DNA of 64,000 nucleotides, from contig NIVC01002455.1 of the NCBI GenBank assembly GCA_002269645.1, forward strand, positions 1 through 64,000. Reading direction: 5' to 3'. The stretch comes from Macrostomum lignano (lineage: Eukaryota). Positions 11,229 to 24,300 of this stretch are shown here, one piece after another; within the stretch, counting starts at the first letter, position 1, and every line of letters starts with the position of its first letter. The notes below the pieces were generated by a model. That model saw nothing but the letters and a program-made list of their open reading frames with translations, was not told where the DNA came from and did no database searches. The position numbers were made by a program, and so were the translations under genes.

Positions 11229-13384
11229 ATGCCCCCAACACGGCGCAGCGTATTGAAAAAATTCCACGAATATGGCCACAGGTCGTCCATGCACGGCCTG
11301 AGCCACATGTACCACACTAACGACAACTGTCGAAAAATCTTCTGGTTCGTGCTGACCATCGTTGGCACTTTTGCCTGCTTCTTTCACGTCACCATGACAG
11401 TGCAGAACTACTTGGAGACGCCGGTCACGTCCATTCTGATTGACGACTTAGTTAAGGCTGAGTTCCCGGATGTGACCCTGTGCAACTTGAAGCCGATGTC
11501 CGAGTCTCTGGGAGAGTACTACAAGAATGTGGTGTATCAGCACCTTAACAGCACCTTCAATTTCTTCGACAACTGGTGGCCAGAGAAGCGAAAGCGTCGA
11601 GCCAATGAGTCCCGAGTTGCGTATCATCGAAGGCTGAATGACATATTCGAACGGTTTTTGCAGATATTCTGGGTGTCGGACGACAGCCGAGACCTAGGCA
11701 TGATGGACAAGGTGATGCTGCTGCACTGCTCCTTCAATGGAATTCCGTGCGGCCACAAGAACTTCAGTCTGGTGCAGAACTACCGGTACTGGAACTGCTA
11801 CACGTTCAGTCCGTCGCCGCAATACAGATTCGCAAGCAGCGGTCACACGGAGGACATGGGCTTGAATCTGATTCTGTACACGGATAGCAACTTTCACGAG
11901 TCCGTCTACGAAGCAATGACTTCGTACAGCCGGAAGAAAACGGATGAAGAAGAGATGATGAAGCCGTACTCACTGCGGGAGTTAATCACTAGTGGCGAAC
12001 GCACTTTTAACCAAATCTTGTCAGGCGGTCGGTACGATATCGAAGGCATTAGGATCTGGTTGCACAGCCAGTATGACTATCCCATGCTTTGTAAGCTTGC
12101 CTATCTCAACTTTATCGCATTATTTTTCATCGTACAGATTTTCTCTCAAATCCACTTGTTTCAGCCAATACCTACATAGACCTACAGAACGGCTTCTCCG
12201 CCATGCTAGACGTCGACCAGACCAAATACGTGACGCTGAATCAGCCGGGTGAGCGCGAGTGCACCATGGCGAAGCAGCCGAACATCTGGTATGTGACCAG
12301 CTTTGGCAGCAATTCTAACGGCATTCGACGACGAAAGTACACGAGGACGGACCGCGAGTCAGTCGTGGAAGCCAAGCAGCAGTACGTCTACCGCAAGTGC
12401 CGCTGCTACTCTCACCATTTTCCATTTCAAGTGAACACCACGGAGCTCTGCTACTATGTCTCCAAGGAGCACAGCGTCAATCCGCCTGGCGAGCTGATTA
12501 ATCGGATCTCCTGTCACGACGCGTCCGTCTTGGAGGCGGAGGCCGATTCCTATAAGTATATTAAACAATTTCGGAACTTTAAGCCGTGCGAATACACAAA
12601 GTTCATCGCGTACAAGACCTCAAGCTCCTGGCCAAGAAACGATGATTATATTTCATTCATCAATGAGTACTTGCTGCCCAATTTGTACAACGGTTCGGAA
12701 TACATCAACGTTGAGACAGACCAGCACTCTCATCATATTTTTAACTTTTCCGATCCAAGAGTTGTGGCAGTTCTCAATGGTTCTGAGCCACTGAGCCACG
12801 AGGACCTGGTCATCAAGGAAATGTTCACCGGAGGCTATGGTTGCCCGAAGGATAATAAGACAGATGGCGAGCTTATCAACCGGTGGTGCATGGACAAGTC
12901 CAAACTATCATTCAACGTGCTGAGAGTCATCATCAAGCCGACTTCTCCTGCCGCAGCAAAATACTAGGAGAAATACAGCTACGAATGGCCGGAAGTGCTC
13001 TCTGAGGTAGCTTTTTCAATGCTTGCTCACCAAATTGTTTCAAATTTTTACCGTTTTTTAGCTTTTCGAATAAATACATGGCTTTTATACCAACAGATTG
13101 GCGGTATCTTTGGCCTGTGGGTTGGCATGAGCCTGCTGACATTCTTTGAGTTCATCGAGCTGGTGTACATAATTGCGGCAAACCGGACCGACCCACCCTC
13201 TGTGCTGCGCATCGATCAGAATTTGGCGCCGGAGCAGCTCGAGCAGCCGCTGAACCGCATCAATATTGATGAAATCGAGCTGACTGCCGGAGCAAAGTCG
13301 GAGCAGAATGCTGCGGAGGTGGTGAAGTCCGACGAAAATGATGGAGAGGCCAAGGAGGAGCCAGAAAATCACAGCAATGTCGTC

Positions 13385-13387
<3 letters not shown>
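11229..13387 (+). pseudogene. DEG/ENaC-family subunit, paralogue 2; exons 11229-12090, 12165-13006, 13097-13387, with an in-frame TAG at 12965-12967
   Basis: Same motifs and intron positions as paralogue 1. It reads AAAKY*EKYSYEWPEVLSE where paralogue 1 has AAAKYEEKFSYEWPEALSE (GAG vs TAG). Otherwise intact, so it could be a null allele or a consensus error. Confidence 0.8.
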
Positions 13388-13652
<265 letters not shown>

Positions 13653-14486
13653 CAGACAGCCTGTCCGCATCGCATCTCGGATTGTCAATCGCACAGTGAC
13701 GCATGCACTTCACAATGACCGCCTTTAGGCACCTCCATGGTAAATACGGAAATAGCTAACTGAGCTTTTAACCTTTGTCGGCGATGAGCAAGGCTAGCAG
13801 AGCAAAACTAAGAAATGCAGACTCATCTCTCAATGCAAGACTGCATCCATGTATTTTTAACATCAAACTCAACAAACATTATTATATCACTGCTATTAAC
13901 TCGATTAAGCATTGATTTTTGTTTTTTTTTCTCTTTTTCAGAGACTCAAATTATAACAGTAAGTAAATATAGATTACATATTCAGGTACAACCAGTCAGA
14001 AAAAAATTTTGTCTCAACCTTCAACTTGTACCAACTGCTAGGCAAGTACTTATAAAAACTACGGAATTGTTCTTTGTACTTCTTAAGCTCTCGAGTGCAA
14101 GGCAATACTGATGCCGCAATACAGAAAGACAACGGTGGCCTGCGACTGATGCACAATGAGAAAAGCCTAGGCTTTAAGTTCTAAAGCTCGTGGAGTTCAC
14201 GGATGCAAGGCGAGTGACAGGGGCACATGCTGAAGACAATCGCTTGCAAATTCAAACAACAATAATGGGAAATGTCATTCAACAGACACTTCTTTACACT
14301 ACGATTATTGCAATAGTTTTCATCGAAAAGCAGGAGAAAGTCGCTTGTACTGAAACATTTTTTAATGGCCGCTCCTTCAGTTTTCAGTAGCTATTCTTCA
14401 AAATGACTGACTGCTGAGCAATGAATTAGACATTTTCCATCTCTACTCTTGCATGTATCTCAGAAGGAATAGTAGAGTCTACGAGC

Positions 14487-14855
14487 TAGATCTACTTGTG
14501 AACGGCCGAGTCTAGATCTACTTGTGAATGACCGAGTCTAGATCTACTTGTGAATGACCGAGTCTAGATCTACTTGTGAACGGCCGAGTCTAGATCTACT
14601 TGTGAATGACCGAGTCTAGATCTACTTGTGAGTGGCCGAGTCTAGATCTACTTGTGAACGGCCGAGTCTAGATCTACTTGTGAATGGTCGAGTCTAGATC
14701 TACTTGTGAATGACCGAGTCTAGATCTACTTGTGAATGGTCGAGTCTAGATCTACTTGTGAATGACCGAGTCTAGATCTACTTGTGAATGACCGAGTCTA
14801 GATCTACTTGTGAATGGCCGAGTCTAGATCTACTTGTGAATGGCCGAGTCTAGAT
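14487..14855. repeat. 26-bp minisatellite (ccgagtctagatctacttgtgaatga), ~14 units
   Basis: Direct reading. Each unit contains the overlapping palindromes TCTAGA and AGATCT. Confidence 0.95.
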
Positions 14856-15109
14856 CAGGGGGGTCGCCACCTGGGGGGGGCACATGCCAATGCTTTGTCC
14901 TCCCACCTCACCTTGTGACCTGTTGTGGAAATCAATAAGCTTGCTTCAGGTCGCCAGAATATAGCGCCTTTAACGCCAAGAGAGTGCTAGCAACACCGAT
15001 TCTTAAAATAATGTACATGTAGGAATTTAGTCATGTACATGTAGCTCTTGCCTCGTAGAATTCTTAGCTTTGTACCCCCCCCCCACCATGAAATCCATGG
15101 CGAGGACTG
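14856..15109. mobile_element. Possible degenerate hAT-like MITE
   Basis: Imperfect ends cagggggGTCGCCA...TGGCGAggactg with G/C-run subterminal tracts. The left flank gtctagat fits an NTCTAGAN target, but the right flank does not give a clean 8-bp TSD. Confidence 0.3.
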
Positions 15110-16015
15110 AGTCTATCTTCTCCTAAATGACCGACTCAATCTCATTTTTAAAGTGACTGATTCAGTTTAAATTTGGCTCTGCTCGTAGCTCCTGCTTGGG
15201 GGGGGGAGGCAGAAGCATCTGTTTAACCTGAAACTGAAATCCATGTTTACTGACTTCACTGGCCAAACATGCAAGTTCGCATTCGCTTCTCCGTTAACCC
15301 CCCCCCCCAAGGCGAAGGAATTGCCGGAAAACGAGTCTGACTGCATTGTTTGCCAATAGTGCCTACCTCCTGAACCTGTGGAACCATGGCGATTTAAAAC
15401 AAAGTTAAACTGAAATAGTTGTACCAAGGACCACTGTAGTACAACGGGACGGACAACTCAAAGATTGCGAAAATTTTCAGAATGTCGATTTCATGGAAAA
15501 AATACACTGCGAACATTGGAAACATTTTTTATCACAAAATCAATGATTGCTTTTGATCTGGGGCAGTGAAGATTACCATTCTTTTAATTTAGCACGCAAA
15601 ACACATTACTCTGTTGTATTTTACACCATAATGTACTCCCCAGGATGCTTTCGGCACCTTATCATTGGCCAGCCAATGGCAAGAGAGACGGTATGCTTCA
15701 CTATCCCACGTGAAACGGCTGCTTATAGTGAGATAGAGATGCTGAAAGCAAGTCAATAGAAATCTAATGACAACTGCTGATGAGGCGCCAGTCTCTGCGT
15801 TGGAGTTACTGCTGCATTAAATCCCAACCTTAGTATATCCGTGATGGATCAAAGTTGAATGAACTCATGGAGCTCAACATCAGCGCTTCAGTTGATAACG
15901 CAACATCCGGTTCAGGTGATCTGCACCCAGCCTCCGTGTTCTTCTCTGCCTGGCTGGGTAAATACACTGACGTATAATGTACCAGAATTTTCTTTATTGA
16001 ACGTATCTTTATTCT

Positions 16016-16706
16016 GGAGTGATTCTCAGGGTTGGGAGACAACAGATCAGGAGTGATTCTCAGGGTTGGGAGACAACAGATCAGGAGTGACTCTCAGGGT
16101 TGGGAGACAACAGATCAGGAGTGACTCTCAGGGTTGGATACAACAGATCAGGAGTGACTCTCATGGTTGGGAGACAACAGATCAGGAGTGATTCTCAGGG
16201 TTAGGAGACAACAGATCAGCAGTGATTCTCAGGGTTTGGAGACAACAGATCAGGAGTGACTCTCAGGGTTGGGAGACAACAGATCAGGAGTGATTCTCAG
16301 GGTTGGATACAACAGATCAGGAGTGACTCTCAGGGTTGGATACAACAGATCAGGAGTGACTCTCAGGGTTGGGAGACAACAGATCAGGAGTGACTCTCAG
16401 GGTTGGATACAACAGATCAGGAGTGACTCTCAGGGTTGGATACAACAGATCAGGAGTGATTCTCAGGGTTAGGAGACAACAGATCAGGAGTGACTCTCAG
16501 GGTTAGGAGACAACAGATCAGGAGTGACTCTCAGGGTTAGGAGACAACAGATCAGGAGTGATTCTCAGGGTTGGGAGACAACAGATCAGGAGTGACTCTC
16601 AGGGTTGGGAGACAACAGATCAGGAGTGATTCTCAGGGTTGGGAGACAACAGATCAGGAGTGACTCTCAGGGTTGGGAGACAACAGATCAGGAGTGACTC
16701 TCAGGG
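16016..16706. repeat. 33/34-bp minisatellite (ggagtgactctcagggttgggagacaacagatca), ~20 units
   Basis: Direct reading. Two main variants: ttgggagac and ttggatac. Confidence 0.95.
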
Positions 16707-17833
16707 ATCAAGCAGAGCAGGACAGTTTCTCAATGGGGCAGATTAGGAAATAATCACTCAAAGCGTTTCCTTGATGCCGTATTTGCTATTGAGCGTTCCC
16801 GTTTCAAGCTATGACCTCTTGAAGTGCAATACTTGCTGATTTTCTAAGGCAAAAATTATTTTTTTAAGAGCAGCGAATTGAAGTTGTAATCACGCAAGTT
16901 TTTCACTTCAAGGATACTTCATGACAAAAAGCTAGCTTTTAATCAAAATTCTAACGCAGAGTGATCAAGGCTGGATATTGATTTATAGGTAGCTGGGATA
17001 CCCACCAATGCAAGCTGTTAGCCAGCTTCAGCTGTGACGCTGTTGTCGTTGGATCTCACATCCGGGATGTCAGCTTACTTTAAGAGCTTGAAAGCTGGTG
17101 TGCTGGTGAGCTACTCAATGACAGGAAGAGCTCCAAAGAGCACAAGGGCAATTTGCTGCTTCTAGTAGCTAAGCGTCGACCTAATTATTCTCCAGGATAT
17201 GGCGAAATATATTGATTGACCTTGCAGCTGAAAGCTTGATTCTTTTTATCCCCTATCTTCCCTTCCTCTGATCTTGCCTTGATTAATGCGAAAGAAATCC
17301 AAAATCTTATTCTTTCCACTGGAACAATGGAATGCAGAACTCATGTGCAACCCGTTACCTGGCGCAAGCAAATAAAGAACTCCTACGGAAATGGTTGGGA
17401 AGGCAAGCAATCATGCTCATCCCTCTGACACCTGAGCTTGATAATTAATTACCTAGTCAACGTGAGGTCCGGGGGTTCGGTAATTATGTTGGCGGAAAAA
17501 TTAGTGACCGGGGCTCAAGAGCTAAAAGTTCCCGTGCACTGGGTTCTCAAATCGTATTTTGTAATTATTCGATCCTAGTCATAAAATTATCATTATAGCG
17601 TTGGTCCCTAAAATTCACAGAACTCTGCAAAATTTTATGGCATGATAAAATATAATTGACTGTTGGTCACTTTCGAATTTCTGATGTTAAATTGCTCATA
17701 TGGCTAGCATTACTTCGGAAAATGTTGTAGCATCCCTCGTAGATTAGCTTAAACAATTACATGCAAAAGCAGCCAAAAAACAATGCAGCACTTAAATCGA
17801 AGCGCCCTGATCTGATGCCGAAACCGCCTCTTA

Positions 17834-18781
17834 TTGAATGCAATCGCTGCCCCCCCCCGCTCAGCTCTGGCCATCTGCTTTGGAGCCGCCGGCAACGCCG
17901 TCATCGCCCTCACCATCGCCACCACCCGCCAGCTGCACATCACCCCGAACGTCTACTTGGCCAACCAGGCTGTGGTAGACTTTCTCGTCTCGACCGTGAC
18001 CACTCCGGGTCTGTTAGCGAACTACGCTGGCAGTCCGACCAGGTTCGACTTCGACATGTCAGCGTGCTGCGTCCACTGCTGCGTGGTGCTGGCCTACGCC
18101 GGGATGCTGTTACTCGAGACCAGCCTCTACAACATGGCCCTGGTGGCGGCCAATCGCTACCTGTTTATCGCTCGCTCGCAGTCGACGTTCAACAAAATCT
18201 TCAATCGTCGTGGCGTGGCGATCAGCTTGGTCCTCGTCTGGCTGGTGCCGGCCTTGTTCGCCCTGCCGCCCCTGCTCGGGCTCGGCCGCTACGGCCTGAA
18301 CGAAGCGTTCGGCGCCTGTCTGTTCTTGTCGAACCACCAGCCCAGCTACTACTACATCCTGGGCTTCGGCTGTCTGGCCGTTGGCTTCCCTGCACTCGGC
18401 GTCTCTTTGGGCTGCTACATCGGCATCTACGTGGCCTACCGACGGTCGCAGAAGGCGGTCGGAGGCGACGCTAGCTCACCAGCCGTCGCTACGACGACAG
18501 GCGGAAGCGGAGTCTGCGGCAAGGCGAAAGAGTCGCGTAGCTCAGCAACTAGGCTGGCTCGAAGCCTCTTCATCACTTGGTGCCTGTTTCTAGCGCTGTG
18601 GGGCCCGATCATTCTGGTGACCCTGTGTAACCTGCTGGTGCCCCGGCTGCTCACAATGACCCGCCTGCTGTTCCTCATGGCGGTCAGCAACAGCGCCTGC
18701 AATCCGCTGCTCATGCTCGCCACCAACCAGCGCCTGCGTGAGGCTGCCGTTCGGAAGCTGCTTCGTCGACGACGTGGTTAA
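17834..18781 (+). CDS. Rhodopsin-class (class A) orphan GPCR; the N-terminus is probably on an unidentified upstream exon (acceptor ...cgctcag at 17864)
   Basis: Seven hydrophobic segments with TM1 GN, TM2 LANQAVVD, TM3 NRY, TM4 W..P, TM6 LWGP and TM7 NSACNP. There is no ATG at the ORF start and no retinal-binding Lys in TM7. Confidence 0.88.
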   Translation: MNAIAAPPRSALAICFGAAGNAVIALTIATTRQLHITPNVYLANQAVVDFLVSTVTTPGLLANYAGSPTRFDFDMSACCVHCCVVLAYAGMLLLETSLYNMALVAANRYLFIARSQSTFNKIFNRRGVAISLVLVWLVPALFALPPLLGLGRYGLNEAFGACLFLSNHQPSYYYILGFGCLAVGFPALGVSLGCYIGIYVAYRRSQKAVGGDASSPAVATTTGGSGVCGKAKESRSSATRLARSLFITWCLFLALWGPIILVTLCNLLVPRLLTMTRLLFLMAVSNSACNPLLMLATNQRLREAAVRKLLRRRRG

Positions 18782-21047
18782 AAACTGCAGCTTATTTTAG
18801 CTATGACGTTATCATCAGAAGTTACTTCAATCTTTGATCGCACAGAAAGAAGTTTTCTAACCCTATAAAAGTCCTTCGTAATCCTTTCTAATGCCAGCAG
18901 CTTTGGTTGCCGTTTGTTTCTGACCAAATACTTACCAGCTGTAGTCATGTTTAAACATATCAAATCGTTTCGTTGCACGCATTATTTTTTTCAACAAAAT
19001 ATCGCAGATCAAGTCGCAGTCGTTTTTATAAATTCCAATTAATGCATGGATTAATTTGATTGATGTGAAGTTTATAGATATATTTTATATAGTACGATAG
19101 CCTGCTGCAACGCTGGTAACAGACAAGAGCAAATACTCAGTAGCACAAAGCAGTCAGTATAGAGCCATCGTGAATGACGTGAACGGTACGTGATAGTTTT
19201 ATTCACACAGTCACGTACAGCGAAGACACCAGCCGGATGCTGATTCTTCACCACGTGCCAGTGAGCGGCAACAGCAGGCCACAAGCGAGTGACAATAAAC
19301 GATTTTTTCCAGTTGGACATTTCGCCAACAAAAGTTGCACTCTTTCCATTCTTGATGATGCTTCCAAGCCGTCTGATTCTTTTTTCTGATCGTTAGTCGT
19401 AGAGTGAGCTCAGGGCAAGGCGTGTTTTAATGGCACCTTCGAAAAGCGAAATCAATAGGGAATCTGCTTTTGTAAAAAAATAACCGCTTCACTGATCTAT
19501 TAGCTCTCAAGCCCGATAGGGAATGGTACTTAAACACTCGTTTTTAGCAACCAAACTCTTTCAGGGATACGCTCAGAGAATATCCCTGAATTTTTTACAA
19601 CAATGATCTTGTTTCAATCCTAAAAACGTTAGCGATCGTGGTCCATTGAAACTAGCAAACCCATTGATTCGCAGAAAGCATTATTTTTGTGTTACTGCGA
19701 CTGGAATTTATGGATGACTAAAGTACATAAACTTACGAGCAGAAGGCAGCCGCGGGTTTATGTTGCAAATAAGTAGTATCTCACCTTAAGGACTAACCTC
19801 GAATTACCAAATAAGCTCAACCTACTCAGGTGTAATCTCAAATTATTTCAAACAGTTGTCTTCAACATAGTTTAGTGACAGGATTTCAATAAAAAGTTCT
19901 ACATGCAGCTTGTGTACTAATTTCCATTATTATCAGATCCGTTTACACAGGAATTGGCTCACCTCTAATCTTCCTTACCTTTCTCTTACATTTTCCTTTC
20001 AACTCTCCATTGCCTACCCAATTCCCAATTGTAGGCTGAAGGGCACTGAGCCAGAAATCGCAGGTAAATCGATTTATAAGGGTCGTCACTCGGATTGCTG
20101 CATCGGCCACCAGGTAACCCGTGTGTACCAAAGTACTCCGGTACGCCACTATGAGTCGCGAGAACTGCATTTAGTACGAGCGGGCACTTTTTATCACTTC
20201 ACAATGTCCTAAAGTAGATAGATATGAACCCTGGGAAGCTCAATATTTATTCTAGTGGATGACAATAGCATTGAGGGAGGATGGAAGCCTGCAATTTAAG
20301 AAGATTTCCCGAGCTCATGGAGCTGAATTTTTAATCTAGCTGAGTGCTCTTGGCTCTGAGACGCGGTGAATAATCTTTTCTGCTAGATAGATTTGGCAGA
20401 CCCAATGCAACAGTTACTAGAGAATTCTATTTAAGATAGTAGAGTTCGATTGCAGCAGAAATTAAAAGCATAAGATTTTTTATTCCTACTATTAGTAGCT
20501 ATAATAATTTGGGGGCCCAGGCTTGATTCCAAGTGCAGTCACATTAATTTGTGACCAAATTGAAATCTGCTCGTGCAATTAAGGCCCTTGAAGGCCAAAC
20601 CCCAAGGCACAGTGAAGTGTACATGCCTAACGATAAATAAAGTCAGGGCCGCTGTACACTTCTGTGTGAGTGTGTGCCTGCGCGTATGACTGCGAACGTA
20701 TCCGCGCGCTTGTGTGCCTGCTCAGAGGAGAGTAATGCCTCTCGTTGGTTCTCACACAGCGCCCTGCCTCTAATAAAAAAATAGTAGCTAGCGATCGAAC
20801 TATTTCAAAACAGGTGGCAACTTTGGCTTGATTATTAAGCGGAAATGTCGTTTCCAATAGCAACAGTATAGTATATTTTAAACCTTCTAAACGCCTTCAA
20901 TTTTCGAAGCACTAGCACAGCAACTCGGCATACAAAAATATCGCAGACGCTATTGTTCTTGGAAATATCTGTCTTCGACTGCCTGAGAGCTTTTAAGAGC
21001 TTAGCTGGGCCACAGTAACAACAACAGTAACTACATTTATTGTGCAG

Positions 21048-21048
<1 letters not shown>

Positions 21049-21092
<44 letters not shown>
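21049..21092. repeat. (CT)n microsatellite
   Basis: About 22 units. Confidence 0.97.
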
Positions 21093-21096
<4 letters not shown>

Positions 21097-21352
21097 GACA
21101 GCCACTTTCAGTTGAGGCCTCGCATTCTCTTGAACTACAGAGACAGACGGCGAAACGCCGCTGTGCGATCTCGCGGGCACAGACCGCCACTCCTTCGCCC
21201 CTTCCAACTACCATTTTGTTAAGCAACTGTAACGGGGCATCGTCTGCAGTAAAAAAGATGCTAGCCCAGCCCCCCCCCCCCACCCTGCACTGCTAAAAGA
21301 GACATACAATAGAGCAACAGCAGCCACAGCGGCAGCAACAGTTCCAGAAAGC

Positions 21353-24300
21353 ATGCTGAACTCAGCCGCCGCCGGAAGGCGACAGGTCAACGATTTCAAC
21401 ACAGTCGCCGATGAAGTCAGGCCGGGCACTGGCGGCAGCGCCAGAAGCGATCCCGGCGTTCGGGGCGGCGGCGTCGAGCCAGCCGAGCCCGACCGAGCGC
21501 CAACGCCAGCACCGGCCCCCTCGGTCGATGAGGAGGAGGCCAACGTTGATGTCGGTGGTGTCGAGACAACCGACGCTACTGAACAGCGTCTGCCAGAGCC
21601 ATCAACTCCACAGGAATTCACGTCGCTCACTACTTCTCCGCCACCGCCGCCGATGATGCACACACCTTCGCAGGAGAACATTGAGTCTCCAGCGCTGCAA
21701 CCCGCTGATCGGGAGCTCCTGGCAAGAAGTCAGCCAGCCAACACGCCGACGACACCGTGTACAGTTTTCTCTAAGCGGCCTGGCGTTAGCAGGTTTGATT
21801 TGGGGGTTGGTAGAGGGAACTGTAGGTTTGCATTCGGCTCCTACATTTAGTTCTAATCCCAACTTGACACTCAGCAACAGCTCCAATCCTAAAATGACAC
21901 TCAGCAACAGCTCCAATCCTAAAATGACACTCAGCAACAGCTCCAATCTCAATCTGACACTCAGCAACAGCTCCAATCCTAAAATGACACTCAGCAACAG
22001 CTCCAATCTCAACCTGACACTCAGCAACAGCTCCAATCTCAACCTGACACTCAGCAACAGCTCCAATCTCAACCTGACACTCAGCAACAGCTCCAATCCT
22101 AAAATGACACTCAGCAACAGCTTCAATCTCAACCTGACACTCAGCAACAGCTCCAATCCTAAAATGACACTCAGCAACAGCTCCAATCTCAACCTGACAC
22201 TCAGCAACAGCTCCAATCTCAACCTGACACTCAGCAACAGCTCCAATCTCAACTTGACACTCAGCAACAGCTCCAATCCTAAAATGACACTCAGCAACAG
22301 CTCCAATCTCAACCTGACACTCAGCAACAGCTCCAATCCTAAAATGACACTCAGCAACAGCTCCAATCTCAATCTGACACTCAGCAACAGCTCCAATCCT
22401 AAAATGACACTCAGCAACAGCTCCAATCTCAACCTGACACTCAGCAACAGCTCCAATCTCAACCTGACACTCAGCAACAGCTCCAATCTCAACCTGACAC
22501 TCAGCAACAGCTCCAATCTCAACCTGACACTCAGCAACAGCTCCAATCTCGACCTGACACTCAGCAACAGCTCCAATCTCAACCTGACACTCAGCAACAG
22601 CTCCAATCTCGACCTGACACTCAGCAACAGCTCCAATCTCAACCTGACACTCAGCAACAGCTCCAATCTCAACCTGACACTCAGCAACAGCTCCAATCCT
22701 AAAATGACACTCAGCAACAGCTCCAATCTCAATCTGACACTCAGCAACAGCTCCAATCCTAAAATGACACTCAGCAACAGCTCCAATCTCAACCTGACAC
22801 TCAGCAACAGCTCCAATCTCAACCTGACACTCAGCAACAGCTCCAATCTCAACCTGACACTCAGCAACAGCTCCAATCTCAACCTGACACTCAGCAACAG
22901 CTCCAATCTCGACCTGACACTCAGCAACAGCTCCAATCTCAACCTGACACTCAGCAACAGCTCCAATCTCGACCTGACACTCAGCAACAGCTCCAATCTC
23001 AACCTGACACTCAGCAACAGCTCCAATCTCGACCTGACACTCAGCACAGCTCCAATCTCAACCTGACACTCAGCAACAGCTCCAATCTCAACCTGACACT
23101 CAGCAACAGCTCCAATCTCAACCTGACACTCAGCAACAGCTCCAATCCTAAAATGACACTCAGCAACAGCTCCAATCTCAATCTGACACTCAGCAACAGC
23201 TCCAATCCTAAAATGACACTCAGCAACAGCTCCAATCTCAACCTGACACTCAGCAACAGCTCCAATCTCGACCTGACACTCAGCAACAGCTCCAATCTCA
23301 ACCTGACACTCAGCAACAGCTCCAATCTCAACCTGACACTCAGCAACAGCTCCAATCTCAACCTGACACTCAGCAACAGCTCCAATCTCAACCTGACACT
23401 CAGCAACAGCTCCAATCCTAAAATGACACTCAGCAACAGCTCCAATCTCAATCTGACACTCAGCAACAGCTCCAATCCTAAAATGACACTCAGCAACAGC
23501 TCCAATCTCAACCTGACACTCAGCAACAGCTCCAATCTGAACCTGACACTCAGCAACAGCTCCAATCTCAACCTGACACTCAGCAGCAGCTCCAATCCTA
23601 AAATGACACTCAGCAACAGCTCCAATCTCAACCTGACACTCAGCAACAGCTCCAATCTCAACCTGACACTCAGCAACAGCTCCAATCTCGACCTGACACT
23701 CAGCAACAGCTCCAATCTCAACCTGATACTCAGCAACAGCTCCAATCCTAAAATGACACTCAGCAACAGCTCCAATCTCAATCTGACACTCAGCAACAGC
23801 TCCAATCCTAAAATGACACTCAGCAACACCTCCAATCTCAACCTGACACTCAGCAACAGCTCCAATCTCAACCTGACACTCAGCAACAGCTCCAATCTCA
23901 ACCTGACACTCAGCAGCAGCTCCAATCCTAAAATGACACTCAGCAACAGCTCCAATCTCGACCTGACACTCAGCAACAGCTCCAATCTCAACCTGACACT
24001 CAGCAACAGCTCCAATCTCGACCTGACACTCAGCAACAGCTCCAATCTCAACCTGACACTCAGCAACAGCTCCAATCTCAACCTGACACTCAGCAACAGC
24101 TCCAATCTCAACCTGACACTCAGCAACAGCTCCAATCTCGACCTGACACTCAGCAACAGCTCCAATCTCAACCTGACACTCAGCAACAGCTCCAATCTCA
24201 ACCTGACACTCAGCAACAGCTCCAATCTCAACCTGACACTCAGCAACAGCTCCAATCTCAACCTGACACTCAGCAACAGCTCCAATCTCAACCTGACACT

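Noticed and set aside
16016-16706. CRISPR-like array (also considered for the 26-, 30- and 45-bp repeats)
   Set aside because: Units are directly adjacent with no unique spacers, there are no cas genes, and the context is eukaryotic.
19072-20170. Possible small minus-strand gene (ORFs 19943-20170 and 19072-19320)
   Set aside because: No recognisable motif and no convincing start or splice chain, so it cannot be supported.
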